Positions 39,190 to 50,130 of a stretch of 64,000 nucleotides of DNA are shown in pieces. Position 1 is the stretch's first letter. Every line of letters begins with the position of its first letter. The notes beneath the pieces were generated by a model, which was not told the origin of the DNA, searched no databases, and saw nothing but the letters and a program-made list of their open reading frames with translations. A program made the position numbers and the translations under genes. The stretch is from Candidatus Bathyarchaeota archaeon (GTDB taxonomy: Archaea > Thermoproteota > Bathyarchaeia > Bathyarchaeales > Bathycorpusculaceae), in the NCBI GenBank assembly GCA_963826715.1, contig CAWGYA010000002.1, forward strand, positions 352,001 to 416,000, read 5' to 3'.

Positions 39190-42100
39190 TGTTCTGTTTT
39201 TCCTCCATCTTTACTTTGACGTTCGAAAGTTGACATATACAATTCAACTAAGCCTGTGCCGATTGGTATAGATTGCCCTACTATAACGTTTTCTGTTACT
39301 CCAGCCAAAGGATCACTTTCACCTTTAACTGCTGCTTCAACAATGTTCGGAACGGTGATTTCGAAGGCGGCGCGCGCGAGCACGCTGGCTTTTTTGCCGC
39401 TGATACCGTGTCTGCCGATTTGTTGTACATCACCGGTGGTAGTCATCATGTCTGCGACGAGCATAACGTGCCGTACGTCAACGTCTAAGCCCTGGTCTTC
39501 GAGAACGCCTTTGGCTTCATTCACCAATGCATTTCTTGAAGCTTCAACGCCTAAAGTTTTGGCGATTTCGTGGATGTTATTGGTGGTTGTTCGTGATGTG
39601 TCGACGCCTTCAACTTCCAGCACCTTTGCCAAGTTTGAGCCATCAGTCCGAATGACCCATTCGCCGCTTTCTTCTGTGACTAGGACACGTTTAATGTCAG
39701 GAACGCCCTTCACTTGGAACCCTGGAATCTTTGTGAGCATTCGTTTTATTTGTTCAGCTTTCTTTGGTTTAATTTCTACAGTGAGGTCGGTAATTGTGAC
39801 GGTTGCGTTCTGTAATTCCAATCGTTCCTTGAGTTCTTCCATGCTAATATTACGGTCATCCATCATTTGTTGGTTCAGTTCGATGATGATTTCTTCTCGA
39901 ACTGGGTCCTCGTAGATGGTAGATGCAAGATTCTCGACTGATGTATAGATGATATGGCGTGCAACTTCAACAGCGGCTTCTTTGCTTTTTGCATGTTCAC
40001 CTGTTAAGTAGATAGTCATAATGGGTGTTGAGGGTATTCTGCGGGCATCCACGATTTCGATTAGACGAGGCAAACCCAAGGTTACGTTTTGTTCTTTGAC
40101 ACCTGCATAGTGGAAAGTTCTAAGGGTCATCTGTGTACCAGGTTCACCAATTGACTGTGCAGCAACAATACCGACTGCTTCCCCTGGTTCCATCAAAGCA
40201 CGCTTGTATTGTTCGGCGGTGACAGTGGCGGCTTTTGTAACGCCCTTCTCTGAAAGTTTGTTTTTAGCAAAGTTTTGTTTAAGCTGGTTTAGCAATATAG
40301 GTGTAATTTGGCCTTCAACACTTTTTAGTTGTTTCTTAATGTATTCGGATGATGCAACTTCGCCCTTTTCTTCGCCGAGCTTTACTTGATCAATGAGTCG
40401 ACTGACGTTAACAGCTTTGCCGTGGTCACTTTTTGCAGGGTCAACACCGTCTTCACCATATCGGAACTGGATGATATCACCCGCGCTATCGCGAACTGTA
40501 CTGTCATATTCAAGACGAATGTGCTCAAGTGCGTTGATAAGTCGACGCTGCATATAACCGCTTTGTTGTGTACGGACAGCTGTGTCGACAAGCCCTTCTC
40601 TGCCTCCCATAGCATGGAAGAAGAATTCAATCGCATCTAGGCCAGTTTGATAGCTGTTATAGACGAACCCTCTTGCCCGAGGACGAGGATCATTTGGTGT
40701 AAAATGCGGCAAAGCGCGATTGGCGTACCCTCTAAGGATACGTTTACCTCGGACTGATTGTTGTCCAACACAAGCGGCCATCTGACCGATGTTGAGGCTT
40801 GATCCTCTTGCACCTGTTCGAGTCATGACGATGCCAGCGTTTTCTAAAGTGAAGTCGTCGTCGGCTATTTTGCCTGATTCGTCTCTGGCTACGGCAAGTT
40901 CATGCATTACGTAGATTTCGAAAGATTCTTCAAGGGTTTGTCCGGGTAATCTGGGGAGGGTGCCATTGCGGTAGTTTTCGATGTGCTCATCGATTTTCTT
41001 TTGGATTCGCTCCATAGTTTTCGCCATGCGGTTTCGTGCACGAGGAGAGAGAACCAATTGCTCGTATGTATAGCTGAATCCACGCATGGATATGTAGAGT
41101 TTGAGGAGATGGGTAATGTTGTTTAGGAACTGGCGTCCAGCTTGGGTACCGTAGTCTTTGATTATTCTGTGAAGCAAACTTTCGGATTGCTCAGAGCCTA
41201 TACTTCGACGGTCGATAATTCCTGAGACGAGCTGACCGTTTTTGACAACTACGTATGCATCATGTTTGCATTCTTCTTCTTCGCATTTATTGCAACCTTG
41301 GCAAATGTTGGCTTTTAATACGTAATTGAGAGTTTTCGGCAGGAAAAGGCTGAAGATTTGTTTGCCTGACCACATAGGTTGGGGTTCTTTGATTTCTGGC
41401 TCGGGTAAATCTCCCGTGTAGTTTGTAGAGGTTAGAAGTCTATCAACTTGACCGCGGGGTAGGTAGCTGCCGGTTCTTGTGAAGTAATATGCCCCTGTAA
41501 TGAAATCCCTAATTGCGCCGATGATGGGTCCACCGAATCTTGGTGATAGAATTTGGTCCTGAACCTGCATGAGCAACAAAGATTCAGTTCGAGCTTCTTC
41601 GCTTTGGGGCACGTGAAGGTTCATTTCGTCGCCATCAAAGTCTGCGTTATAGGGTGGGCAGACACAAAGATGAAGCCTAAAGGTTTTGTAAGGCAATACA
41701 CGGACGTAATGTGCCATGATAGACATGCGGTGAAGTGATGGCTGCCGGTTAAAGATTGCTATATCACCATTTTTGAGGTGACGTTCAACAATAAAGCCGA
41801 GTTCAACTGCTTCAGCGATTTTTGTGCGGTCTACCACGAATTCAAGTCTAATGCGTTTGCCATCTGGGCGGATGATGTAGAGCGCACCAGGGTAGGTTTC
41901 AGGCCCATTAATGACGAGTTTCTTCATTTCCTCAAGGTTCCATGCAGTGATTTTTTCTGGAACACTGAGGCGCATTGCTATATCTCTTGGAACACCAACT
42001 TCGTTTATATCTAAATTGGGGTCGGGTGAAATAACTGTGCGGGCACTGAAGTCAACACGTTTCCCCGATAAGTTGCTTCGGAAACGACCTTCTTTGCCTT

Positions 42101-43022
42101 TTAGGCGCTGACTAAGGGTTTTGAGTGCTCTTCCGCTCCGATGACGTGCTGGGGGAATCCCTGAGGCCTCGTTATTGAAGTAAGTTGTAACGTGATATTG
42201 CAATAGCTCTGAGAGGTCTTGTATAATGAGAGTGGGTGCTCCTGCCTCCATGTTTTCTTTGAGACGCTGGTTGATACGAATTATGTCCACGAGTTTGTGG
42301 GTTAAGTCATCTTCACTTCGGATACCTGATTCAAGAGTGATTGAAGGACGCACATAAACGGGCGGCACAGGTAAAACCTGCAGAACCATCCATTCGGGGC
42401 GCGCGACCTTTGGGTTGAAACCCAATACTTCTAAATCTTCATCCGAGACGCGTTCGAGACGTTCACGTATCATACTGGGTGTAAGAGGTTCGCTTCCTGC
42501 TTCTGTCTGCTCAATAAATTTGGTTGGTTTCTCAAATGTGATTTTGAATTGTGGCGCAGCACAGTAGGGGCATTGTTTGGCTTTAATGTCAGTCATTATT
42601 TCTTTATAAACTTCGTCGGGTATGGTACCTAAAAGTTCATTATATCGTTCTATGCGTTGTCGAGCTTTTTTAGATGCATCCTCGCTTAGCAGAATACGCC
42701 CGCAAGTGCGGCAGGTAGATTTGAGGAGGTCGAAAATGATTTTTGTAAATTCTATGTGTACAATTGGCACAGCAAGTTCGATGTGACCAAAGTGACCGGG
42801 GCAGCGAATGGCGGTGTTACCACATGTTTTACATCTTTGGCGCGGTTCTAAGGTACCTAGTCTGCCGTCCATTAAACCTGCGGTAATTGGTGCACCATCC
42901 TCATCGTATGTGTCTGGTGTTTGAACTTCTACGACGGATTGTTTTCTGAGGTCTTTAGGTGAGATTAGTCCGAACGAGATTTCATCTACAACTTTATGAA
43001 TTAATTCTTCCTGTTGTGCCAT
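39186..43022 (-). CDS. rpoA1: RNA polymerase largest subunit, fused A'/A''
   Basis: NADFDGDEMN, GREGLVDTAVRT, AAQSIGEPGTQMTLRTFH, all in one ORF. Confidence 0.98.
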   Translation of the reverse strand: MAQQEELIHKVVDEISFGLISPKDLRKQSVVEVQTPDTYDEDGAPITAGLMDGRLGTLEPRQRCKTCGNTAIRCPGHFGHIELAVPIVHIEFTKIIFDLLKSTCRTCGRILLSEDASKKARQRIERYNELLGTIPDEVYKEIMTDIKAKQCPYCAAPQFKITFEKPTKFIEQTEAGSEPLTPSMIRERLERVSDEDLEVLGFNPKVARPEWMVLQVLPVPPVYVRPSITLESGIRSEDDLTHKLVDIIRINQRLKENMEAGAPTLIIQDLSELLQYHVTTYFNNEASGIPPARHRSGRALKTLSQRLKGKEGRFRSNLSGKRVDFSARTVISPDPNLDINEVGVPRDIAMRLSVPEKITAWNLEEMKKLVINGPETYPGALYIIRPDGKRIRLEFVVDRTKIAEAVELGFIVERHLKNGDIAIFNRQPSLHRMSIMAHYVRVLPYKTFRLHLCVCPPYNADFDGDEMNLHVPQSEEARTESLLLMQVQDQILSPRFGGPIIGAIRDFITGAYYFTRTGSYLPRGQVDRLLTSTNYTGDLPEPEIKEPQPMWSGKQIFSLFLPKTLNYVLKANICQGCNKCEEEECKHDAYVVVKNGQLVSGIIDRRSIGSEQSESLLHRIIKDYGTQAGRQFLNNITHLLKLYISMRGFSYTYEQLVLSPRARNRMAKTMERIQKKIDEHIENYRNGTLPRLPGQTLEESFEIYVMHELAVARDESGKIADDDFTLENAGIVMTRTGARGSSLNIGQMAACVGQQSVRGKRILRGYANRALPHFTPNDPRPRARGFVYNSYQTGLDAIEFFFHAMGGREGLVDTAVRTQQSGYMQRRLINALEHIRLEYDSTVRDSAGDIIQFRYGEDGVDPAKSDHGKAVNVSRLIDQVKLGEEKGEVASSEYIKKQLKSVEGQITPILLNQLKQNFAKNKLSEKGVTKAATVTAEQYKRALMEPGEAVGIVAAQSIGEPGTQMTLRTFHYAGVKEQNVTLGLPRLIEIVDARRIPSTPIMTIYLTGEHAKSKEAAVEVARHIIYTSVENLASTIYEDPVREEIIIELNQQMMDDRNISMEELKERLELQNATVTITDLTVEIKPKKAEQIKRMLTKIPGFQVKGVPDIKRVLVTEESGEWVIRTDGSNLAKVLEVEGVDTSRTTTNNIHEIAKTLGVEASRNALVNEAKGVLEDQGLDVDVRHVMLVADMMTTTGDVQQIGRHGISGKKASVLARAAFEITVPNIVEAAVKGESDPLAGVTENVIVGQSIPIGTGLVELYMSTFERQSKDGGKTEQ

Positions 43023-43023
43023 G

Positions 43024-46000
43024 TTAAGCCTTCTCCTTTAGTCTGAGTTTGGGGGTAATGCATAAGCTTTGAAGCTCTTGAAGCAGAAGCTTGAAAGCGT
43101 ATGATACGATCACTGGGGCAATCTTTGCTTTTTCATCGCATATCTTGCACACATAACGCCTTTGTTTCATATCGAAGAATGCAATTTGTCCGCAGTTCTC
43201 GCAGATGTAGAGGGTGTATTTATCGGATTCCTCCAACAACCTGTCACGTAGCAGCATTGCTGCACCGTGGCCGATTAAGCAATCTCGCTCCATTTCACCG
43301 AAACGAAGACCACCACCTCGGGCGCGACCTTCAGTTGGTTGGCGCGTAAGCATCTGTACTTGTCCACGCGCTCGAGCGTGAATCTTGTCAGCGACCATAT
43401 GGTGGAGTTTCTGGTAGTAAACTACACCTATGAAGACGTCTGCTACGAATTTCTCGCCGCTTGTTCCGTTATAGAAAACTTCACCACCAGTATGGCTGAA
43501 GCCTAATTTAATGAGACTTTTACGTATTTCGTCAGGTCCTTCGTTTGAGAAAGGTGTGCCGTCTGCTGGTTTGCCTCTGGCTGCTGCTGCTTTACCTGCG
43601 AGTGATTCTATGAATTGTCCAATGGTCATTCTTGATGGGATTGCGTGCGGGTTAATTATTAGGTCTGGTACCATACCGTCGTCTGTGAAAGGTAGGTCTT
43701 CTTGTGGAACAATTAAGCCAATAACTCCTTTCTGACCATGGCGACTTGCGAATTTGTCTCCGAGTTCAGGGATGCGTTGGTCTCGGACACGAACCTTTAC
43801 AAGTTGGCTGCCTTCGCCTGATTCTGTGACAAATATTCCGTCAACTGTACCAGTTTCGGATGGGCGCATGTCAACTGATGTGTCGCGCATACTGGGACCT
43901 TTAACTTCAAATTCTTTGTATTCTTCAAGGAATCTTGGAGGGCTGATTCTTCCGATAAGCACATCTCCACCGACTACTTGGGATTCAAGACTAATTATGC
44001 CGTCCGGTTCAAGTAGGCGATAGTATTGTTCACCGCGGTATCCACGAGTTCCTGGTTCGGGGACGGTAAACTTGTCTTTTAGGCCTCCGAGATATTGGCG
44101 ACATTCTGCTTCGTAGATACGGTAAAATGTGGAACGCGCTAAGCCTCGTTCAATTGAGGCTTTGTTGAAAATGATGGCGTCTTCCATGTTGTAGCCTTCA
44201 AAACTCAACACGGCGACTATACAGTTTTGTCCTGTGGGACGCTGCTTGTAGCCCATAACATCCATGTTTTCAGTTTGAACCAATGGAACTTGGGGGTAAT
44301 GGAGGATATGAGAGCGTGAGTCTGTTCGGTTATGGAAGTTTGTGCCGTAAACACCTAGGGCTTGTTTTGCCATAGCAGCTTGGTATGAGTTACGTGGTGA
44401 CTGATTATGTTCAGGGTATGGGATTGTTGATGCACAGATGCCAAGAATTGTATATGTTGCGATTTCTGAATGGGTAGTCTGTGGAGTTATGGCATCGTAG
44501 GACAGGGCTATATACGCGTTTTCTTCTTCTTCAGCATCGAGATATTCTACTAAACCGTTTTTGATGACATCTTCCCAGGTCCATTCGCCAAGACCTATTT
44601 TTTCGAAGTGTTTGTTCTGAAGTTTTGGAACGCCGTTTTCCACGATTATTAATGGGCGTCGAACTCTACCTTCGTCACAGTTAGCGTGGACTTCTTCGGT
44701 TTCAGTTTGATCTTTTGAAAAGTATGTTACATTAACTTCTGTTGATATTTCGCCTGTGCGCCTTTTTTGCCGGAAAGACTGCACCATGTCCTGTGGATTG
44801 CTACAGTAACCAATTATGTTTCCATCCACGAAGACCTTAGCACCTGAAATACGCAGATCAATACTAGATTCGTATGCTGGGACGGTCCCCATTTCGAAAA
44901 GCATCTGTTTGATCCTGTCAGGATTTACGCCGACCGCAATGGAGGCTGAAAGTGCGAGATTCTTGACAAGACCACAATTTGAACCTTCAGGGGTTTCGTT
45001 GGGGCATAATCTTCCCCAGTGAGTTGGGTGCAAGTCTCTGGCTTCGAAGTTTGGTTGACTTCTACTTAGTGGTGACTGAAGCCTTCGAAGGTGACTCAGT
45101 GTTGAGATGTAGTTTGTTCGGTCGAGAAGTTGGGTGATTCCAACTCTTCCTCTGCCCCAGTTACCGGTTGCCAGAGCGTGCTGAAAACGTTCGGTAATTA
45201 TTCCTGGACGCACAGCGGCGGAAACAGTAATGATTGGACCTTTAACTCCGATACGTTCGAGTTGGTATTTAATGTCGCGAGTAAGGTTGCGGAATGATAC
45301 ACGAAATAGGTCTGCTAGAAGTGGACCACCTAATCGTAGACGTTTGTTTTTAAAGTGATCTTTATCGTCTGGCTGGCGTCTGCCTGTTTTAAGTTGGATA
45401 ACTCGAGTTGCCATTTCACCTAAGAATATGGCTTTGTCTTTTCGATTTTTGTCGCTTCTGCCAAGGTGTGGTAAGAAGTTTTTGTCAAGTGCAGTTTCTG
45501 CTTTTTGAAGCCTGTATTCTTCGACTTGCCCGTGGGCTACTCGGTTGCCTATAAAGAGGATAGCGTCTTGTGGTGTGTCTACACCGATAGCTTTTTCGAA
45601 TGAGGCTGCGAGTTGGCTTTGGGTGTCTGGGTCAAGCGATACTGCTTCGGCAATGTCTTTGTCTTTTTCGAGTGTTAGTGCACGCATTATTACGACAAAT
45701 GGGATTTCAGTTGGCACTCCAGGCATGGTAACATAGATTGCGTCATCTGATTTCAGCTTAAGCTCGATTCGGGCTCTAAAACCGACAGTGGTTGAAAAGA
45801 TTTTAGCCTGATAGACAGGAGAAGTACCTTTCTCATCGATGTCAACAATAACACGGTTTGGTGCAAGGTCTTCCATTGCAACTATGACACGCTCGCTCCC
45901 GTTGACAACAAAATATCCTCCAGCATCATCTGGGTCTTCGCCTGCAGAGATGAGTTCTTCGCGGCTAAGTTGGCTAAGGAAACAGAGTTTACTCTTGAGC

Positions 46001-46398
46001 ATAACTGGAATATTTCCGATATATACAAGTTCGGTATCTTGTTCTCGGCCATCAATTACAGGAGTCATTTCCAATGCGATAGGAGCAGAATATGCCAAGT
46101 TTCTAAGTCTCGCTTCCATTGGGTAAATTTCATGCTTTGTTCCGTCAACTTCGGTCGCGTAGGGTCCTGTAATGCGACTTTGCGGGTCAATGACCCAGAT
46201 TTGTCCGAGCTTGACTTTATAGGGGTTTTCGGGAACCTCTATTGGAATTTCAGCTACTTCATCCACTACTTCTTGGAGTCCATGGTCGATGAATTCATTA
46301 TAGCTATCCAGGTGCTGGCGAACAAGTCCTTTTTCGTTAAAGAATGTTTTGAGGAGGTAATGAACGTCTTCTTTTTGGATTTTTTGTATAGTTGTCAA
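43024..46398 (-). CDS. rpoB: RNA polymerase subunit B (unsplit)
   Basis: GDKFASRHGQKG, RFGEMERD, C-terminal Zn ribbon; TTG start. Confidence 0.98.
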   Translation of the reverse strand: MTTIQKIQKEDVHYLLKTFFNEKGLVRQHLDSYNEFIDHGLQEVVDEVAEIPIEVPENPYKVKLGQIWVIDPQSRITGPYATEVDGTKHEIYPMEARLRNLAYSAPIALEMTPVIDGREQDTELVYIGNIPVMLKSKLCFLSQLSREELISAGEDPDDAGGYFVVNGSERVIVAMEDLAPNRVIVDIDEKGTSPVYQAKIFSTTVGFRARIELKLKSDDAIYVTMPGVPTEIPFVVIMRALTLEKDKDIAEAVSLDPDTQSQLAASFEKAIGVDTPQDAILFIGNRVAHGQVEEYRLQKAETALDKNFLPHLGRSDKNRKDKAIFLGEMATRVIQLKTGRRQPDDKDHFKNKRLRLGGPLLADLFRVSFRNLTRDIKYQLERIGVKGPIITVSAAVRPGIITERFQHALATGNWGRGRVGITQLLDRTNYISTLSHLRRLQSPLSRSQPNFEARDLHPTHWGRLCPNETPEGSNCGLVKNLALSASIAVGVNPDRIKQMLFEMGTVPAYESSIDLRISGAKVFVDGNIIGYCSNPQDMVQSFRQKRRTGEISTEVNVTYFSKDQTETEEVHANCDEGRVRRPLIIVENGVPKLQNKHFEKIGLGEWTWEDVIKNGLVEYLDAEEEENAYIALSYDAITPQTTHSEIATYTILGICASTIPYPEHNQSPRNSYQAAMAKQALGVYGTNFHNRTDSRSHILHYPQVPLVQTENMDVMGYKQRPTGQNCIVAVLSFEGYNMEDAIIFNKASIERGLARSTFYRIYEAECRQYLGGLKDKFTVPEPGTRGYRGEQYYRLLEPDGIISLESQVVGGDVLIGRISPPRFLEEYKEFEVKGPSMRDTSVDMRPSETGTVDGIFVTESGEGSQLVKVRVRDQRIPELGDKFASRHGQKGVIGLIVPQEDLPFTDDGMVPDLIINPHAIPSRMTIGQFIESLAGKAAAARGKPADGTPFSNEGPDEIRKSLIKLGFSHTGGEVFYNGTSGEKFVADVFIGVVYYQKLHHMVADKIHARARGQVQMLTRQPTEGRARGGGLRFGEMERDCLIGHGAAMLLRDRLLEESDKYTLYICENCGQIAFFDMKQRRYVCKICDEKAKIAPVIVSYAFKLLLQELQSLCITPKLRLKEKA

Positions 46399-46949
46399 TT
46401 TTTCAGTTCTCCAATAAATTTAAAATAAGTTGATAATGATGACTGTGATTTGTGGTTTGGCATGTTTTTTTCAACCCATCAGTTCCCCCAATGCTGGAAA
46501 CATCCAACGCGAAAAAGGGTTCACTAAAGTTTTCTAAGAGCACAATCAGATGCTGCATAGCTAACTAATAAACATTTTTATAGATATTGCGGGAGAAGTT
46601 AAGTGCTTCTAAACTTTCATTGAGTTTTCTGTTGATAAAAGTTTCTGAGTTCACCCTCCAGGAAGAAAAACCTAAAAAAGCTTTCCAGAACAAATAAAAA
46701 TGAAAACGAGTGAAAATAATCTTTTTGCATAAAAACGGTCCTCATTCAACCTTTTAATTATTTTTTTGCAGACATCAACACATAGATTTTTGGCTTCTTG
46801 CAGAAAGCAAAAGGTTAGCCTTGGACCGGTTTGAACTTCCAGAATATTTTCATCCAATGATTTTATAAACTTTAATTCTACAAAAAGAACGATCACAAGA
46901 TTCGTCACTAATTTGCTTATTTCAATAAAACGCCAAGACAAAGAATCAG

Positions 46950-47261
46950 TTAGTATCTAACAATTCTATAGCGGTTTCTGCCCAACTGGCGTTTCCTCTT
47001 CAGCTGCGCCTCGGTAACCTTAGAATTACCCTTTTTAACTTCAAATACCGTCGGATCCCCATCTTTTTGACCAAAGAAATCTCTTTTCTGCACAATAAAG
47101 TCTCCGCCTTTACGGATTTTTGTACAGTCATTCCCAGCCATTGCCTGGTCGAAAGCAAATCGGTCCTTTGCGATACTGCCTTTTTGGCGTTTGGCTTGGG
47201 GAAAGCGGCGTGATGTGTTACCGAATCCGTATGGTTTATCTAAGGAATCCTTTGCACCCAA
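46950..47261 (-). CDS. small PD-(D/E)XK nuclease-like protein
   Basis: GGDFIV...FEVKKG.S..T.AQ pattern; TTG at 47261 preferred over the upstream ATG. Confidence 0.55.
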   Translation of the reverse strand: MGAKDSLDKPYGFGNTSRRFPQAKRQKGSIAKDRFAFDQAMAGNDCTKIRKGGDFIVQKRDFFGQKDGDPTVFEVKKGNSKVTEAQLKRKRQLGRNRYRIVRY

Positions 47262-47582
47262 AAGGTTACAGCTCTTTTTGTTAAAAATAGGTAGGGGAAA
47301 TATTAACAATTTGTTTAGATAGATGATTTTTACCATAGTTTTTAGGTCTAACTGAAAAAAAGCGACAATTTTTGATTATTTCGAAAAAACCTAAAAATGG
47401 GTTTTTCAAGAAGTGTCTAAAAAGGTAAAATCATTGGTGACTTTTCGGAGTCATTAGTTGCCGATGTTTCGCGGCTTCTATAATATCAACATTTTCTTAG
47501 TAACACTGTGTAGTCTTAAATAATAAAAGACTCATGAAAATAATTATTAATCCTGTGCAAACAGGGTTTAGAAGTTATCGTT

Positions 47583-48470
47583 TTAGTGTTCTGTTATTGT
47601 AACCGCGGTGTCTATGGTTTGGGTACATTCTGCTATCTTTTTGTTGATTGTAGATATCAAGTTTTTGTCAACCTCATAACCGACACTATTGCGCCCTGTT
47701 TCTATTGCAACCTTCATTGTGGTTCCTGAACCCAAAAAAGGGTCTAAAACTGTTTCACCCTTAACACTGAACATACGAATCAGTCTCGTTGCCACCTCAT
47801 CGGGATAGGCTGCTGTGCGTCGCTCAAGCTCGGAGACTATTTGGCGTGTACCCTTAAAATCCCAAATCTGGCTAAACCATTCATCTCGCTGGGGTTTTGT
47901 GAATTTGCTCTCATAGCGAACCTTATGATGAGGTGGAAACTTACGCAAATTTCCCTTCCGAAACAGCAGAACAAACTCACAGTCTAAGGTGACATATGCG
48001 TTGGGCGGCAGGAATCCTGAACCTAGAAAAGCGCCTTTGCCTTTGTAGGTGGGTTTAGTGGTGGGTTTCTTCCAGAGAATATATGGCAACGTGGTATAGC
48101 CGATTTCTTCGCAAACTTCAATGACACGACTGTGGTTGGGAAAAAGCTGGAATTTTCCGTTTATGTTGCGGGTAGCATCGCCAATATTTATGGCTGCTAT
48201 GCCGCCTTTGTCTAGAACACGATATGTCTCCATCCAAACTTTTGTGAGGCAGTCGTGCATTGAATCATAGATTTGCCGTACCGTTTCCTCGTTATCTTTT
48301 GCACCCAGTTTTTCCCAGAGGGAAGCAATTTTTTGGTCTTCGCAAAAGAGCTTGTCCCACATTGCAATCATAGGGTAAGGCGGAGAAGTCACCATTAAAT
48401 GGATACTTTCGTCGCCAAGTTCGCTCATCTGCTGGCTGTTGCCGAGGATAATGCGGTGCTGAGTAGTCAT
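47583..48470 (-). CDS. site-specific DNA amino-methyltransferase (beta class, probably m4C)
   Basis: VTSPPY motif IV precedes DPFLGSGTT motif I. Confidence 0.93.
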   Translation of the reverse strand: MTTQHRIILGNSQQMSELGDESIHLMVTSPPYPMIAMWDKLFCEDQKIASLWEKLGAKDNEETVRQIYDSMHDCLTKVWMETYRVLDKGGIAAINIGDATRNINGKFQLFPNHSRVIEVCEEIGYTTLPYILWKKPTTKPTYKGKGAFLGSGFLPPNAYVTLDCEFVLLFRKGNLRKFPPHHKVRYESKFTKPQRDEWFSQIWDFKGTRQIVSELERRTAAYPDEVATRLIRMFSVKGETVLDPFLGSGTTMKVAIETGRNSVGYEVDKNLISTINKKIAECTQTIDTAVTITEH

Positions 48471-48565
48471 GGTGCCTTTACTATCTTTGAATACTGTTTT
48501 TACTTTTGCGGTGTCGACAAATGATTAATAAGCCAGAACCCAACCATTCTGGTACTGAAACTATC

Positions 48566-48689
48566 GCTACGGTAACCAAGCCAGGTCAAAGGTGAAGGAC
48601 TCAAGATCTCGACGCTTTGACTCAAAGGCGCCTGATGGGAAATCCTTTCCCGCAGGGGTTCGCAGGTTCGAATCCTGCCCGTAGCACCA
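48566..48689 (+). tRNA. tRNA-Leu(CAA) with a 36-nt intron at 37/38
   Basis: GCTACGG/CCGTAGC acceptor, AAGGA-CT-CAA-G[48606-48641]A-TCCTT, BHB-type pairing CTCA/TGGG, long variable arm, GCAGG-TTCGAAT-CCTGC, CCA. Confidence 0.95.
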
Positions 48690-48705
48690 TTCCAGATAAG
48701 CATTT

Positions 48706-50130
48706 TTACGTCTCCGCGGCTTTGCGAAGTATATCCCTAAGCTGCACCGTGAGAACCGATAACTGATGATTCTCAATATCTCCAACTGCTGATATGTTAC
48801 CCGTACAAAGAGCTTCTCTGGACAGCAGCTGCTCAGGGTTTTCGCCTAGCGCCCGTATCATTTCTTTGATGGTATCAAGTTTGCTAATCTGAGTTTTCTT
48901 TCGTATTGCCAATCCTGCAGCGGCATATATAGATCGCATTCTGTCAATGCCTAAGCTCTGAATATCGTGGTAAGTATCAACTGTGTGACCCATAAAGTAG
49001 TCAACGTAATCGGGTTGCACGCCTAATGCAAGCATTTGGGTTTTGAAAAATTTGCGAATGCTGTGAACTCTTAGGTTGTAGAGGGTTCCAGTCTTGTTAG
49101 GTTTAATGAAACCTGCCTTAACGTAAAGGTCGTGAACGGTTTTTCTTAACTGTTTTGTGCTGATGCCTTTGGGGTTTCTGTGGGTTTCATCTCGGATTAA
49201 CGGGGATTCATCGGTTATGATTTCTGGCGGTATTTTATCGGTGCCTCTGCGGCGTTGATCAAAGTACAGTTTAAGGTAGTAAGTTGCTTCAGGTCCCAGA
49301 AACGTATCGTAGTCATGGTATTTGCCCTTGGTGATCTCTGCTTCTATATGCAGATGAATTGGTGTTATGTTGTCTTCGAGGTCTTCTTTGACATGGCTAT
49401 AGGTTAGCTTGGTGAAAGTTTCTTCTCGGAAGGCGCCTAAGGCAAGGCATGAAACTATGACTTCGCCTCTCAGGTTAGTTAACTCAAGCATTTTTGCGAG
49501 TTCATCAGGCTTTGGGGCTCTATCTTTGTAGATTACGCGTCTACTAAGAGGTTCGGATAATTCTATTTTTACTCCGTTGACTCGGTAGAAGGTTTTGACT
49601 GCTTTGATGTAGTTTTCTACTGACCCAGGTTTCAATCCGTCATCTTGGAGCTGTGCTAAATAGTCGCTTAGGAACCCAGCATGATTTTGTGTACGCTGGG
49701 GGTCAGGTATGTTGCCGACTGGTTTGAGGTCAGCTATTATCAGGTCGGGTGTGTAACCCAGCCATGTCGAGTACTTGTATATGTTGACGGTGTAAACTAG
49801 GCAGCTTTTGTGTGAGGCTGAACAGTGGCGAAGCAGGTATCGGGCCATTTTTAGTAAGCTCTGGTTGTCAAAGACGAATGTCAAAAGGGTTGGGCGGTCA
49901 CTTATGAAACTCCGTATAACATAGTCAACCAACCCTTTTTCTTTAGCATCGAGAACTTTGTTAAGATTAAGATTTACTGGCTTCTGTAGTTTCCAGTCAG
50001 TTAGGCTTTTTTCAATGCGGATACCAGTATCTTCTACTTGGATTGGCAGATTGAGGCTTTTGAGATCGTCAACCGTGAGTTGTGTTTCGCGAACGATAGG
50101 CGATGCTAGTGCTAATGTGCTGTTTAGCAT
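48706..50130 (-). CDS. tyrosine recombinase/integrase
   Basis: R (AFREE), K (TKGK), HSIR, MGH and Y (DTYH) catalytic set; SAM-like N-terminal domain. Confidence 0.92.
   Translation of the reverse strand: MLNSTLALASPIVRETQLTVDDLKSLNLPIQVEDTGIRIEKSLTDWKLQKPVNLNLNKVLDAKEKGLVDYVIRSFISDRPTLLTFVFDNQSLLKMARYLLRHCSASHKSCLVYTVNIYKYSTWLGYTPDLIIADLKPVGNIPDPQRTQNHAGFLSDYLAQLQDDGLKPGSVENYIKAVKTFYRVNGVKIELSEPLSRRVIYKDRAPKPDELAKMLELTNLRGEVIVSCLALGAFREETFTKLTYSHVKEDLEDNITPIHLHIEAEITKGKYHDYDTFLGPEATYYLKLYFDQRRRGTDKIPPEIITDESPLIRDETHRNPKGISTKQLRKTVHDLYVKAGFIKPNKTGTLYNLRVHSIRKFFKTQMLALGVQPDYVDYFMGHTVDTYHDIQSLGIDRMRSIYAAAGLAIRKKTQISKLDTIKEMIRALGENPEQLLSREALCTGNISAVGDIENHQLSVLTVQLRDILRKAAET

Noticed and set aside
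39186-43022. Fused RpoA'/A''
   Set aside because: Expected in Bathyarchaeia, Thaumarchaeota and Korarchaeota; a taxonomic clue rather than a novelty.
46640-46860. Three TCCAG(A/G)A words upstream of rpoB as possible ORBs
   Set aside because: Too short and lacking the dyad second half; chance-level.
48606-48641. tRNA-Leu intron
   Set aside because: Canonical 37/38 position with a BHB motif; ordinary for archaea.
48500-48785. Two minus-strand ORFs over tRNA-Leu, suggesting an SSV-type split integrase
   Set aside because: The integrase has its own stop at 48706 and a full catalytic set; these ORFs are antisense reads of the tRNA.
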